DNA of 64,000 nucleotides, from contig JAKAFY010000007.1 of assembly GCA_021817785.1 (NCBI GenBank), positions 127-64,126 on the forward strand. Reading direction: 5' to 3'. Under the pieces are notes generated by a model that was not told the origin of the DNA, made no database searches, and saw nothing but the letters and a program-made list of their open reading frames with translations. A program made the position numbers and the translations under genes. Shown one piece after another: positions 50,135 through 58,443 of this stretch. The stretch's first letter is position 1; each line of letters begins with the position of its first letter. The DNA comes from a bacterium. Its GTDB lineage: Bacteria > Patescibacteriota > Microgenomatia > UBA10105 > UBA927.

Positions 50135-50167
50135 CCTTCATTTTAGTGATACGATAATGAAAGCTCT

Positions 50168-52018
50168 ATGATTGTGCACCCTATCGTCGCGTCTGTGGTG
50201 GGTCAGGTAACCGATACCCGGTGGGGTCAGGTATTGCAAACCCCGCACGCCTATGGGGTAGTGGAGATGTATACTCCAAACGGCTATGCCCGGGAGCGGG
50301 GAATTGCGGTGCTCACGGAATTAACAAACGCCTTTGCCTCCCCTCCGGTGTCTTTGGGCGGACTGACGGAAATTGCAGACCGGGTGATGCGGGACGACAT
50401 CGTAAGCCTCGTGCTCTTGGTCCCCGTCGGCTCGACGCTCTACATGGTATCGCGGGGGAACGGTAAAGTGTACCTCAAACGGGGAGAACAGCTTGCAATA
50501 CTGCTTACGCAGTCACAGTCGCTTTCCGGCGATGCACGCGTGGGAGACGTGCTGATTGTTGCGACCGCAGGATTTGTTCAGACGCTTTCTTCGGACGAGA
50601 TTATTAGCGTATTTGACCATCTGACGCCTTCTGAGGTGGCGGAAAAATTAACAATGCGCCTGCACGAAAAAGAAGGCGGTGAAGGGGGAGCGGCGCTTAT
50701 TTTCCAGGTGGGAGAGGTTGCCCCGGACGAAGAACTGGAAGAGGAAAAGAAACTCGACGAAGTCATGGTCCGTCCATCCCCGACTGCGCCGCCGATGTTG
50801 CTGCATCGGGCAAAGGCGGTTGGACGGCGCGTAACGACGCTGAAACAGCGGATACTACTCCGAAAAATAGCTGCAATGATCAGAAAACATCCCGCGTTTT
50901 CCGTACAGCGGGTGGTTACGATTATTGTGGTTTCGTTATTTCTTCTCAGCGTCGTACTGGGCATACGGCATCAACAGCTTGCGGGCACCCGCAGTGCCCT
51001 TACGGAAACACTGACAGAAGCACAACATGCGTTTGATGAGGGGATGGCGCTTCTGGACCTTAATCCGGTGAAAGGAAGGGATCGTTTGAATCAGGCCAAG
51101 GATTTGCTTGCCCCGGTCGTGTCCAAAAAACTCCAATCTGCTGACGGGCAAAAAGCAAATAAACTCTATGCGGAGGTGGTCGATAATCTTACCAGGTCGA
51201 TGCACATCACCAAAGTGACACCGTCGGTGTTTTACGATGTGTCGCTTTTGAAACAGGGGGCGGCGGCCACCGAGCTATCCTTATTTGAAGACACGATGGG
51301 TGTGTTGGATATGAATGGCAAGACCGTGTTTGCGGTAGGCGCATCGTCAAAAAGCGGCAGCGTAGTAGGCGGCGGGGATACGCTTACCAAAGTATCACAT
51401 ATCGCCGTATATGGAGATAAAGTATACGTATGGACGCAGAACGGCATTTCTATGATCCGCCTGTCTGATCAGAAGACTGTCCCCAACGTCATCCCGGCAT
51501 CTTCCGAGTGGGGAACGATTTCCCAAATGGTTGCATTTGGCGGGAACTTGTATCTTCTGGATACCCAAAAAAGCCGGATTTGGAAATATGTCGCCACCGA
51601 CAAAGGCCTGCCTGCCGGCAGGCAGGGATTCAGCGAACTGTTTGAGTATCTAAACCCCGATACGCTGCCCGACCTTTCCAAAACCACCAATATGGCCATA
51701 GACGGTTCCGTATGGCTGGGGACGACCACCGGAACTATCATGCGGTTTACGTCCGGCAAGGAAAACCCGTATGTCATGCAGGGCGCCGATACGCCGCTCG
51801 GCGCCAATCTGGAAGTTTCGACGGATGACAGCACAAAAATGGTATATGTCTTGGATGCTGATCATCACCGGGTCGTCGTCTTTGACAAAGACGGGTTGTA
51901 CATGTCCCAGTATGTGTGGGAAAATACGCTCCGCGTCACCGAGATTGCTGCGTCAGAAAGCCTTCATACGTTATTTTTGCTGGCGGACGGCAAGCTGTAC
52001 AGTGTGACGCTGCAATAA
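50168..52018 (+). CDS. Degenerate PP2C-like N-domain + TM + extracellular beta-propeller protein
   Basis: GNGKVYLKRG and GDVLIVATAG (PP2C-like fold lacking acidic metal ligands); one TM; NHL-like repeats (LYLLD, IDGSVW, VYVLD...RVVVFDK). Confidence 0.6.
   Translation: MIVHPIVASVVGQVTDTRWGQVLQTPHAYGVVEMYTPNGYARERGIAVLTELTNAFASPPVSLGGLTEIADRVMRDDIVSLVLLVPVGSTLYMVSRGNGKVYLKRGEQLAILLTQSQSLSGDARVGDVLIVATAGFVQTLSSDEIISVFDHLTPSEVAEKLTMRLHEKEGGEGGAALIFQVGEVAPDEELEEEKKLDEVMVRPSPTAPPMLLHRAKAVGRRVTTLKQRILLRKIAAMIRKHPAFSVQRVVTIIVVSLFLLSVVLGIRHQQLAGTRSALTETLTEAQHAFDEGMALLDLNPVKGRDRLNQAKDLLAPVVSKKLQSADGQKANKLYAEVVDNLTRSMHITKVTPSVFYDVSLLKQGAAATELSLFEDTMGVLDMNGKTVFAVGASSKSGSVVGGGDTLTKVSHIAVYGDKVYVWTQNGISMIRLSDQKTVPNVIPASSEWGTISQMVAFGGNLYLLDTQKSRIWKYVATDKGLPAGRQGFSELFEYLNPDTLPDLSKTTNMAIDGSVWLGTTTGTIMRFTSGKENPYVMQGADTPLGANLEVSTDDSTKMVYVLDADHHRVVVFDKDGLYMSQYVWENTLRVTEIAASESLHTLFLLADGKLYSVTLQ
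51607..51626. repeat. Perfect 20-bp palindrome CCTGCCTGCCGGCAGGCAGG inside a CDS
   Basis: Read directly; encodes LPAGRQG in frame. Confidence 0.9.
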
Positions 52019-52021
52019 CTT

Positions 52022-52465
52022 ATGAAGATTATCAACAGGAAAGCCACATTTGATTATGACATCACCGACCGTTTTGAAGCGGGTATCATCCTGACCGGTC
52101 CGGAGGTGAAATCCCTGCGAGGTGGACACGGGAAGCTCGAGGGAGCATTCGTCCGTCTGATCGGGGGCGAGGCGTATTTAGTTAACGCAGAGATATTTCC
52201 CTACGAGTTTGCCCGGTTGGAAAAATATGACGCCAGGCGAACCCGGAAGCTCCTGCTGCATAAAAAAGAGCTCATAAGTTTGAAGTCCAAAATGGACGGC
52301 GGGCATTTGACCCTGATCCCGCTTTCCTGGTATACTACAGGACGCCAATTGAAGCTGGAAGTAGGCTTGGCACGGGGAAAGAAACAATACGAAAAACGGG
52401 AGAAAAAGCGGAAAGAAGAGCAAAAAAAAGAGTTGGAACGGGAATTTCGGGGAAAGGTAAGATAA
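52022..52465 (+). CDS. smpB: SsrA-binding protein
   Basis: NRKATFDY, EAGIILTGPEVKSLR, RTRKLLLHKKE and GKKQYEKRE motifs. Confidence 0.98.
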   Translation: MKIINRKATFDYDITDRFEAGIILTGPEVKSLRGGHGKLEGAFVRLIGGEAYLVNAEIFPYEFARLEKYDARRTRKLLLHKKELISLKSKMDGGHLTLIPLSWYTTGRQLKLEVGLARGKKQYEKREKKRKEEQKKELEREFRGKVR

Positions 52466-52594
52466 GAAGGCCCGCCACATCTTACTTTGCGACTATTCAG
52501 TATTGTTCGTACACGTCGCAAAGAGCGATGGTTGGCGGACGTAAGAAACAGTAGCGCGTTCCGGTAGGAATCGGAACGGACAACTGTTTCTAAC

Positions 52595-53024
52595 GGGGAT
52601 GCATGATTCGACGGGAGACGCACGTTAACAGACCGCAAGCCGGCGATGACAAAAGAGCCGTAAAAATTTTGTTAAAATTATAGATGCTAAACCATCTAAA
52701 TTAGCACTCCGAAGGATGTTAGATAAAGCATACGCTGAACTAGCAGCTCTTCAGGGCGCTTTTGCTCGACCAGCAGAACTTGCATACGCAGGCTACGCAA
52801 ACTAAGAGCCATTGTGTGAGAATTATTTCTCGCGAGTTTCACACAGTGTAAACATAGCGGGGACGTCAGAGACATGATGATCGGCGTGTCTTGGAGCAAT
52901 TTTTCGATCAACCCTATAGAAAAGTATTTGTCCATTCTGTCTTTTCTATAGAACGAAATGGACTACGCTTGTAGACGTTTGTGACCTGTTCTTTCGGACC
53001 CGGGCTCATTACCCGGCATCTCCA
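52595..53024 (+). ncRNA. ssrA: tmRNA (one-piece, ~430 nt)
   Basis: 5' GGGGATG..GATTCGAC pairs with 3' CATCTCC-A, giving G3.U70. T-arm CCGGG/CCCGG. Tag ORF at 52686-52805. Lies downstream of smpB. Confidence 0.93.
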
Positions 53025-53147
53025 CACTCCGCCCCGATAAAAATATCGGGGCTTCGCGTGGCAAGCCACATTAGACATCTGGGTGACCTTGTTTTTTGTG
53101 CGGAGTGTGTCCCGCGTAGTCCCATATTGAAGGGACGTAGTGGGACA

Positions 53148-53384
53148 ATGTATTACGTATATATTCTTCGAATATCTGATGCGTCTCTATATATTGGATA
53201 TTCTTCAGACTTAAAAAAACGGATACTGGCACATACATATAAGCAAGTTTCTTCAACGAAATATGCAAGGTCAGTAAAGTTGATTTGGTATGCAGCGTTT
53301 TATCTTCAATCTAATGCTATCGCATTTGAAAAATACTTGAAATCAAGTTCCGGTTTTGCCTTTCGAAATAAATATCTCATATGA
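53148..53384 (+). CDS. Small stand-alone GIY-YIG nuclease
   Basis: MYYVYIL...LYIGYSSDLKKRI..H and AIAFEKYLKS motifs. Confidence 0.9.
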   Translation: MYYVYILRISDASLYIGYSSDLKKRILAHTYKQVSSTKYARSVKLIWYAAFYLQSNAIAFEKYLKSSSGFAFRNKYLI

Positions 53385-54049
53385 ACCTTCTCGATATTCT
53401 TTTTCCAAAACGTTGTGTCGGCTGCGGCAGGATAGGGACGTATTTCTGTGAAAAGTGTCGCGGCAGGATCCGGTATATTGCCGCAAACGAGGCCATCTGC
53501 CCCATGTGTGGGCACTCCGCAATTGACGGAGCCACACACCCCGGATGCCGCACCAGGTATGGGCTAGACGGACTTACCAGTTTTTTCCGGTATGACGGCC
53601 CGATCAGAAAAGCCGTTCAATCGGTGAAATACCGGTTGATTACCGATCTCGTGACGGAATTTGTATCACTGGTCCCGCAATCATCGGTAGTAGACACTTC
53701 CGCAGCCGATTATTTCCTACCTATGCCGCTCCATGCCTCCCGCTTGAAATCCCGCGGGTTTAACCAGGCAGAGGTATTGGGGACGGCTTTTGCGGCACGA
53801 TTGCATATTCCGGTAGCTCTTGATATCCTCCGGCGAGTGAGGGCAACAGCGCCTCAGGTAGCGATGAAAACGAGAGAAGACCGGCTGAACAACATGAAAC
53901 ATGTATTTCAGGCCGCCAGGACAATCCAAAATGATCATATACTGCTTTTTGATGACGTCTTTACGACCGGAGCGACCATGAGAGCTGCCGCAAACGCGTT
54001 GAAACGAGCAGGAGCAAAATACATTTGGGCCGTCACGATGGCCCGATAA
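53381..54049 (+). CDS. comF: ComF family protein (Zn-finger + phosphoribosyltransferase fold)
   Basis: FPKRCVGC, CxxC pairs, RGFNQA and LFDDVFTTGAT motifs. Confidence 0.92.
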   Translation: MNLLDILFPKRCVGCGRIGTYFCEKCRGRIRYIAANEAICPMCGHSAIDGATHPGCRTRYGLDGLTSFFRYDGPIRKAVQSVKYRLITDLVTEFVSLVPQSSVVDTSAADYFLPMPLHASRLKSRGFNQAEVLGTAFAARLHIPVALDILRRVRATAPQVAMKTREDRLNNMKHVFQAARTIQNDHILLFDDVFTTGATMRAAANALKRAGAKYIWAVTMAR

Positions 54050-54052
54050 CCT

Positions 54053-54712
54053 ATGAATAAAAAAGTACATACCATTGCGATCATTGCCGGCGGCACGCCG
54101 CCGGACCGGTTTCTCCGTGATATACGGCATGCCGATCTGATCATAGGCGCAGATCGGGGAGCGCTTTGGCTTACTAAGCATGATATTCACCCAGATATTG
54201 CGATAGGAGATTTTGATTCGGTGACAATGCGGGAAAAATCGCAGATTGCAACATACGCAAAACGCATGCTGGTATATCCGCCCGAAAAAGATGCAACGGA
54301 TTTGGAACTGGCGATAGACGAGTCCGTAAAGCTGGCTCCGAAGACAGTGGTGATCTACGGAGCATTCGGGAGCAGGTTTGATCATTCATTGGCAGCGCTG
54401 CACATGCTTTTGAAGCTAGAGTCGCACAATATTTCAGGACAAATTGTGGATAACTTTAATAAAATATCCATTGTGCGACGTCAAATACGGATAAAACGAG
54501 ACGCAAAGTTCCAATACGTTTCTATCCTACCGATACAGTCCTCAGCGACCGTCTCATTGCGTGGGTTTTATTACAACCTTACTTGTGTACGTATAGAATC
54601 GGCTTCAACACGTGGAATCAGTAATGAAATCATTGCCGCGGACGCGTCGATACTAGTTCATAATGGCAAGATCGTTGTCATTCAGTCTGCAGATACTCCC
54701 ATGATTGGTTGA
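54053..54712 (+). CDS. thiN: Thiamine diphosphokinase
   Basis: GADRGA, GDFDS, EKDATDLELA, GSRFDH and GISNE motifs. Confidence 0.93.
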   Translation: MNKKVHTIAIIAGGTPPDRFLRDIRHADLIIGADRGALWLTKHDIHPDIAIGDFDSVTMREKSQIATYAKRMLVYPPEKDATDLELAIDESVKLAPKTVVIYGAFGSRFDHSLAALHMLLKLESHNISGQIVDNFNKISIVRRQIRIKRDAKFQYVSILPIQSSATVSLRGFYYNLTCVRIESASTRGISNEIIAADASILVHNGKIVVIQSADTPMIG

Positions 54713-54745
54713 TAAGAAGGGTTTTGAAGCATATAATGAAGCTAT

Positions 54746-54831
54746 GGAGAGTGGGCCGGACGGTAAGGCACAGGTTTGCTAAACCTGCACCGCAGCAATG
54801 CGGTGAGTGGGTTCAACTCCCACACTCTCCG
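54746..54831 (+). tRNA. tRNA-Ser(GCT)
   Basis: GGAGAGT/ACTCTCC acceptor, CAGGT-TTGCTAA-ACCTG anticodon arm, long variable arm, G73. CCA not encoded. TATAAT at 54732. Confidence 0.95.
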
Positions 54832-54832
54832 C

Positions 54833-55465
54833 ATGAAACGATATCTTTCCACGGAAATTGCACATATCAAGGATCAGCGGGAAAAATATAAATATTCATT
54901 TTCCTACCTGTCCCGTCTCTATAATATTCCTTCCTCTACCATCAGAAACTGGTGTGGTGACGGGTCTCTCTCCAAAGCAGAGGTGCTGCGCGCGTTCCAT
55001 GCCAGAAAACGGGAAGAGATAAAGTTGTCTGAAATTCCAATATCTACGGTGACGCGAATTTCATCAGATACCGCAAAACTTTATTCGGCACTTTTGTATT
55101 GGTGCGAGGGTTCAAAATATCCAGGATCAAATGCCATGAGCATGGCAAACAGCGATCCTGTGCTGCTTCGTACATTTGTGACGTTGCTCCGCAAAGGGTT
55201 TATTTTGGATGAACATAAATTTAGGATCCACTTGCAGATACATAGCAACCAAGATTATGAATACCTGAAGAAGTATTGGAGCGACCAACTCAAGGTGTCG
55301 GCAACCCAATTTATTCGGCCAACCATTACCGCTCCGGAAGGAAAAAAACATCACCCGGCGTATTATGGTACCTGCACGCTCAAATATCAGGATTACGCAC
55401 TTCAACTCAAACTCATTGGCATCTATGAAGATTTTGCGCGAAAGAATGGGTTATTTCATGGCTAG
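54833..55465 (+). CDS. HTH + LAGLIDADG-like domain protein between two tRNA-Ser genes
   Basis: N-terminal HTH (SFSYLSRLYNIPSSTIRNW), then LLYWCEGSK...NSDP..L..F...YW...YGTC. Confidence 0.65.
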   Translation: MKRYLSTEIAHIKDQREKYKYSFSYLSRLYNIPSSTIRNWCGDGSLSKAEVLRAFHARKREEIKLSEIPISTVTRISSDTAKLYSALLYWCEGSKYPGSNAMSMANSDPVLLRTFVTLLRKGFILDEHKFRIHLQIHSNQDYEYLKKYWSDQLKVSATQFIRPTITAPEGKKHHPAYYGTCTLKYQDYALQLKLIGIYEDFARKNGLFHG

Positions 55466-55486
55466 AATGATATAATGTGCTCATCT

Positions 55487-55571
55487 GGAGGGTGGGCAGG
55501 ACGGTAATGCGCGAGTCTTGAAAACTCGTGGGAGCAATCCCTAACAGGTTCGACCCCTGTATCCTCCGCCA
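55487..55571 (+). tRNA. tRNA-Ser(TGA)
   Basis: GGAGGGT/ATCCTCC acceptor, CGAGT-CTTGAAA-ACTCG anticodon arm, long variable arm, GCCA end. Confidence 0.95.
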
Positions 55572-55586
55572 ATACAGGAAAACCTC

Positions 55587-55621
55587 TTGACAGATTAGCA
55601 CTCTGTGTATTAGACTGCTAA
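55587..55621 (+). promoter_or_regulatory. CIRCE operator (HrcA site) overlapping the hsp20 promoter
   Basis: TTAGCACTC-N9-GACTGCTAA at 55595-55621 (one mismatch to consensus). TTGACA at 55587. Strong SD GGAGGTGA downstream. Confidence 0.88.
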
Positions 55622-55646
55622 TTGTAACAGAAGGGAGGTGATAGAG

Positions 55647-56075
55647 ATGACGTTAGAAATTACCCCAAGGCCATTTTGGATGCTGCCATCTATGCCGTTT
55701 TCCGATTTTTGGAAAGATGCCGATGAATGGATGAGTACCCCGTGGACACAGAATGGTTTATCCGTCTACGAAGACCCGAAGCAAAAACAGGTACGCTTCG
55801 AAGCGGCCGTACCGGGAGTCGACCCCAAAGACATCGAGGTGACGTATGCAGATGGGAGCCTGTTCATCCGCGGCGAATCCAAGGAGGAACAAAAAAATGA
55901 CAAGACCACCATGTCACAGCACCGGTCATACTTCTATAAAGTGGCAGTGCCGGATACGGTCGACCAATCAGTCGAACCGGAGGCGACGTATAAACACGGT
56001 GTCATGACCGTCGCGTTTACGACATCTTCAAAGCCGCAACCAAAACAAATCCAGGTAAAGAGTATTGAGAAATAA
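55647..56075 (+). CDS. Hsp20/alpha-crystallin small heat-shock protein
   Basis: VYED...AAVPGVDPKDIEV...LFIRGE and ATYKHGVMTV motifs; CIRCE upstream. Confidence 0.92.
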   Translation: MTLEITPRPFWMLPSMPFSDFWKDADEWMSTPWTQNGLSVYEDPKQKQVRFEAAVPGVDPKDIEVTYADGSLFIRGESKEEQKNDKTTMSQHRSYFYKVAVPDTVDQSVEPEATYKHGVMTVAFTTSSKPQPKQIQVKSIEK

Positions 56076-56090
56076 CGAAACAAGAGATGT

Positions 56091-56131
56091 ATATGGCATC
56101 CCCACTCCATTTGAGAGCGGGGGTGCCATAT
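56091..56131 (+). terminator. Hairpin after hsp20 (possible terminator)
   Basis: ATATGGCATCCCC...GGGGGTGCCATAT inverted repeat; no clear U-tract. Confidence 0.5.
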
Positions 56132-56158
56132 CTGGTAGAATACGGGGGTCGTGTCTTT

Positions 56159-56241
56159 GGAGGCGTCGCATAGCGGCTATTGCAACGGTTTACTAAACCG
56201 TCGACCGAAAGGTCTCGTGGGTTCGAGTCCCTCCGCCTCCG
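56159..56241 (+). tRNA. tRNA-Ser(ACT), rare A34 anticodon
   Basis: GGAGGCG/CGCCTCC acceptor, ACGGT-TTACTAA-ACCGT (ACT at 56192-56194), variable arm GACC-GAAA-GGTC, G73. Confidence 0.88.
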
Positions 56242-56348
56242 CCTTCGCTTCGCCGTAGCTCGTAAGAGCGAAGGCGAGCAACTTCGAAGCTTCGGCGAGA
56301 CGCTGTCCGCTAGTAGCCCAACGAAGTCTTGGCGAAGTCGACTAGGTT

Positions 56349-56603
56349 ATGAATTATGTCTACATTATAAAATGTTCAGACGATCGAACCTACATTGGTT
56401 GCACCGACGATCTAAAGAATAGAATTGATCGTCATCAAAAAGGCAATGTTCCAGCAACAAAAGCAAGATTACCAATTAAACTTATTTCCTATTTCGCGTT
56501 TTCCAACAAATATATTGCATTTAACTTTGAAAGATATCTTAAATCTGGTTCCGGAAGAGCATTTTTAAAGAAGCATGATATTATTAAAAAGGAGGATTTA
56601 TGA
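56349..56603 (+). CDS. Small stand-alone GIY-YIG nuclease
   Basis: MNYVYII...YIGCTDDLKNRIDRH and FERYLKSGSGRAF motifs. Confidence 0.92.
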   Translation: MNYVYIIKCSDDRTYIGCTDDLKNRIDRHQKGNVPATKARLPIKLISYFAFSNKYIAFNFERYLKSGSGRAFLKKHDIIKKEDL

Positions 56604-56806
56604 AAAATGAGAATCTGTCAGTTTTGTTATCAAAAAGCTGGCATTTAATCCTATTAGCAGGATTAGTCGGTTACGTTATTGGTACCAGAGTTTTTCATAT
56701 AGGCGATGCGTCTTTAGTTGGGCTTGTAATTGGATTGTTTGCGATCGGAGTAATTTGGACCGGTTTAGTGGTCGGATTTCAAACCTCTCGAAACACAAAG
56801 AGATAA
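56600..56806 (+). CDS. Small two-TM membrane protein
   Basis: AAGGAGG RBS, ATGA overlap with the GIY-YIG gene, two hydrophobic helices. Confidence 0.6.
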   Translation: MKNENLSVLLSKSWHLILLAGLVGYVIGTRVFHIGDASLVGLVIGLFAIGVIWTGLVVGFQTSRNTKR

Positions 56807-56857
56807 GTTGTCTATCAATTGGTCATAGATTTTAACACTGTTAATGATCCTTCGCAT

Positions 56858-57316
56858 ATGAAACCAGGTGTCGACTATATCGGGATATCGGTAGGCGCAC
56901 TCATCGTTAATGAGAAGGGCGAGATATTTTTGACGAAACGGGGAGAACGCGCAACCAACGAGCGGGGCACATGGGAAATCCCGGGAGGAAAAGTGCAGTT
57001 TGGCGAAACACTGCAGGATGCGGCGCGGCGGGAAATGAAAGAGGAGTATGGCGTCGATCTGATCCTTACGTATCAGTTTCCTGCTCAGGATCATCTGATC
57101 CCTGCGGAACAGCAGCACTGGGTACCCACAAGTTTCATCGCCCGAATAACGCAAGGGCAGACGCCAACGATTTTGGAACCCGATAAATGCAGCGCGATCG
57201 GCTGGTTTCGCCTTGATGCCCTCCCCGACCCTCTTTCGATCATCACGAAGCTTGATATCGAGATGTACCGGAAATTTCTTTCCGGCGCTGATCTATTTTC
57301 CATCAAAGCAAATTAG
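56858..57316 (+). CDS. Nudix hydrolase
   Basis: Nudix box PGGKVQFGETLQDAARREMKEEYG and EPDKC..IGWF. Confidence 0.92.
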   Translation: MKPGVDYIGISVGALIVNEKGEIFLTKRGERATNERGTWEIPGGKVQFGETLQDAARREMKEEYGVDLILTYQFPAQDHLIPAEQQHWVPTSFIARITQGQTPTILEPDKCSAIGWFRLDALPDPLSIITKLDIEMYRKFLSGADLFSIKAN

Positions 57317-57330
57317 TCTATACTGATGGC

Positions 57331-57849
57331 ATGGAGACCGAAGGCAAAAAACGCAGTTCCGGAAATGAGGAAGTCTACGCGGAATGGTCCGCCCCATCAC
57401 GGTTATTTAAAAAGCGGGATCGGGAATATTTTGTCAATATTGCAGCCATCGTATTTCTTCTCTGCGTCATATTGGTATTTGCCCGGGAATTCGTGCTTAT
57501 TGCGACCGTGCTTTCCATCGTATTTTTGATTTACGTATTATCCACGGTGCCGCCGGAAGACGTAAAGCATCGGGTGACGAGTCTCGGGATAGAGAGCGCC
57601 GGGCATTTTTACCGCTGGGAAGAATTTGCGGACTTTTGGTTTGAAGAGCAGTGGGGGCAGGTCATGATGGTCGTGCGCCCGTATCTGTCTCCTCGGCTTA
57701 TTATTCTTCTGGGCGGAGAATCCAAGGCGCGCATACGTGAATTCGTCGCAAAACATATCCCGTTTCGCGAAGAGCCGGATCGTACATGGGTCGATAATGC
57801 CGCCCGCTGGATGAGTGAAAAAATTCCGCTGGAGAAGCCTCAAACCTAG
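57331..57849 (+). CDS. Conserved CPR-type two-TM protein (DUF5673/PH-like)
   Basis: EWSAP...KRDREY, 2 TMs and YRWEEF..FW. TATACT 6 nt upstream. Confidence 0.6.
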   Translation: METEGKKRSSGNEEVYAEWSAPSRLFKKRDREYFVNIAAIVFLLCVILVFAREFVLIATVLSIVFLIYVLSTVPPEDVKHRVTSLGIESAGHFYRWEEFADFWFEEQWGQVMMVVRPYLSPRLIILLGGESKARIREFVAKHIPFREEPDRTWVDNAARWMSEKIPLEKPQT

Positions 57850-57887
57850 CCATACGCGGCAATCCATAGTACAATGACGTCTTGAAA

Positions 57888-57962
57888 GCTCCTGTAGTTC
57901 AATGGATAGAATAGGGGATTGCGGATCCTCTGATCGCAGTTCAACTCTGCGCGGGAGCGCCA
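57888..57962 (+). tRNA. tRNA-Arg(GCG)
   Basis: GCTCCTG/CGGGAGC acceptor, GGGGA-TTGCGGA-TCCTC anticodon arm, GCCA end. Confidence 0.92.
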
Positions 57963-58382
57963 ATGATTATGACCATAGCCGTCTGTGGAAGCCTCACGTT
58001 TTATAAAGAAATCCGGGAAGCCCAGAAAAAGCTGGAGGCATTAGGACACCGCGCGTTGGTACCCAAAAGTATCCGTCTCATAGAGGAGGAGGGATATATA
58101 AAGCCGAAAACGGTATCCGAGCGGTTGGCCGCGGAAGCGAAATATCACTTTATCAGCGAGCATTTTGCGAAAGTAGAACAGTCCGATGCCATACTAGTGG
58201 TGAATCCGGAAAATCACGGGATCCCCGGCTATATCGGCGGTAACACATTTCTGGAAATCGGAGTCGCATTTTATCTAAAAAAGAAGATCTATTTTCTCTA
58301 TGTCATACCGCATATGGCATATGAACTGGAATTGGCCTCTATGTATCCTACCGTTTTAGACGGTGACCTTTCCGCGATATAA
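57963..58382 (+). CDS. Nucleoside 2-deoxyribosyltransferase-like protein
   Basis: IAVCGS, HFAKVEQSDAILVVN and YIGGNTFLEIGVAFYLKKKIY motifs. Confidence 0.7.
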   Translation: MIMTIAVCGSLTFYKEIREAQKKLEALGHRALVPKSIRLIEEEGYIKPKTVSERLAAEAKYHFISEHFAKVEQSDAILVVNPENHGIPGYIGGNTFLEIGVAFYLKKKIYFLYVIPHMAYELELASMYPTVLDGDLSAI

Positions 58383-58443
58383 TGTTCGCCTTACGGACGT
58401 ATTGCAGTATAATTGTTGGGCTTACCTGCCAGACGGCAGTCGG

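Noticed and set aside
52701-52727. TTAGCACTC inside the tmRNA as a second CIRCE
   Set aside because: Only the left half matches, and it lies in the tag reading frame.
52201-52935. Minus-strand ORFs over smpB/ssrA
   Set aside because: They are antisense to smpB and the tmRNA.
54709-54832. ORF-track extensions through tRNAs (54709, 54776, 56180, 58499, 57538, 61052, 63610, 63774)
   Set aside because: They overlap clear tRNA cloverleaves, so starts were moved downstream or the ORFs were discarded.
54833-55465. tRNA intron carrying a homing endonuclease
   Set aside because: Both flanking tRNAs are complete, and no group I core or split tRNA halves are visible.
55487-55571. Selenocysteine or suppressor tRNA
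   Set aside because: The anticodon is TGA (reads UCA, Ser), not TCA, and the acceptor stem is a normal 7 bp.
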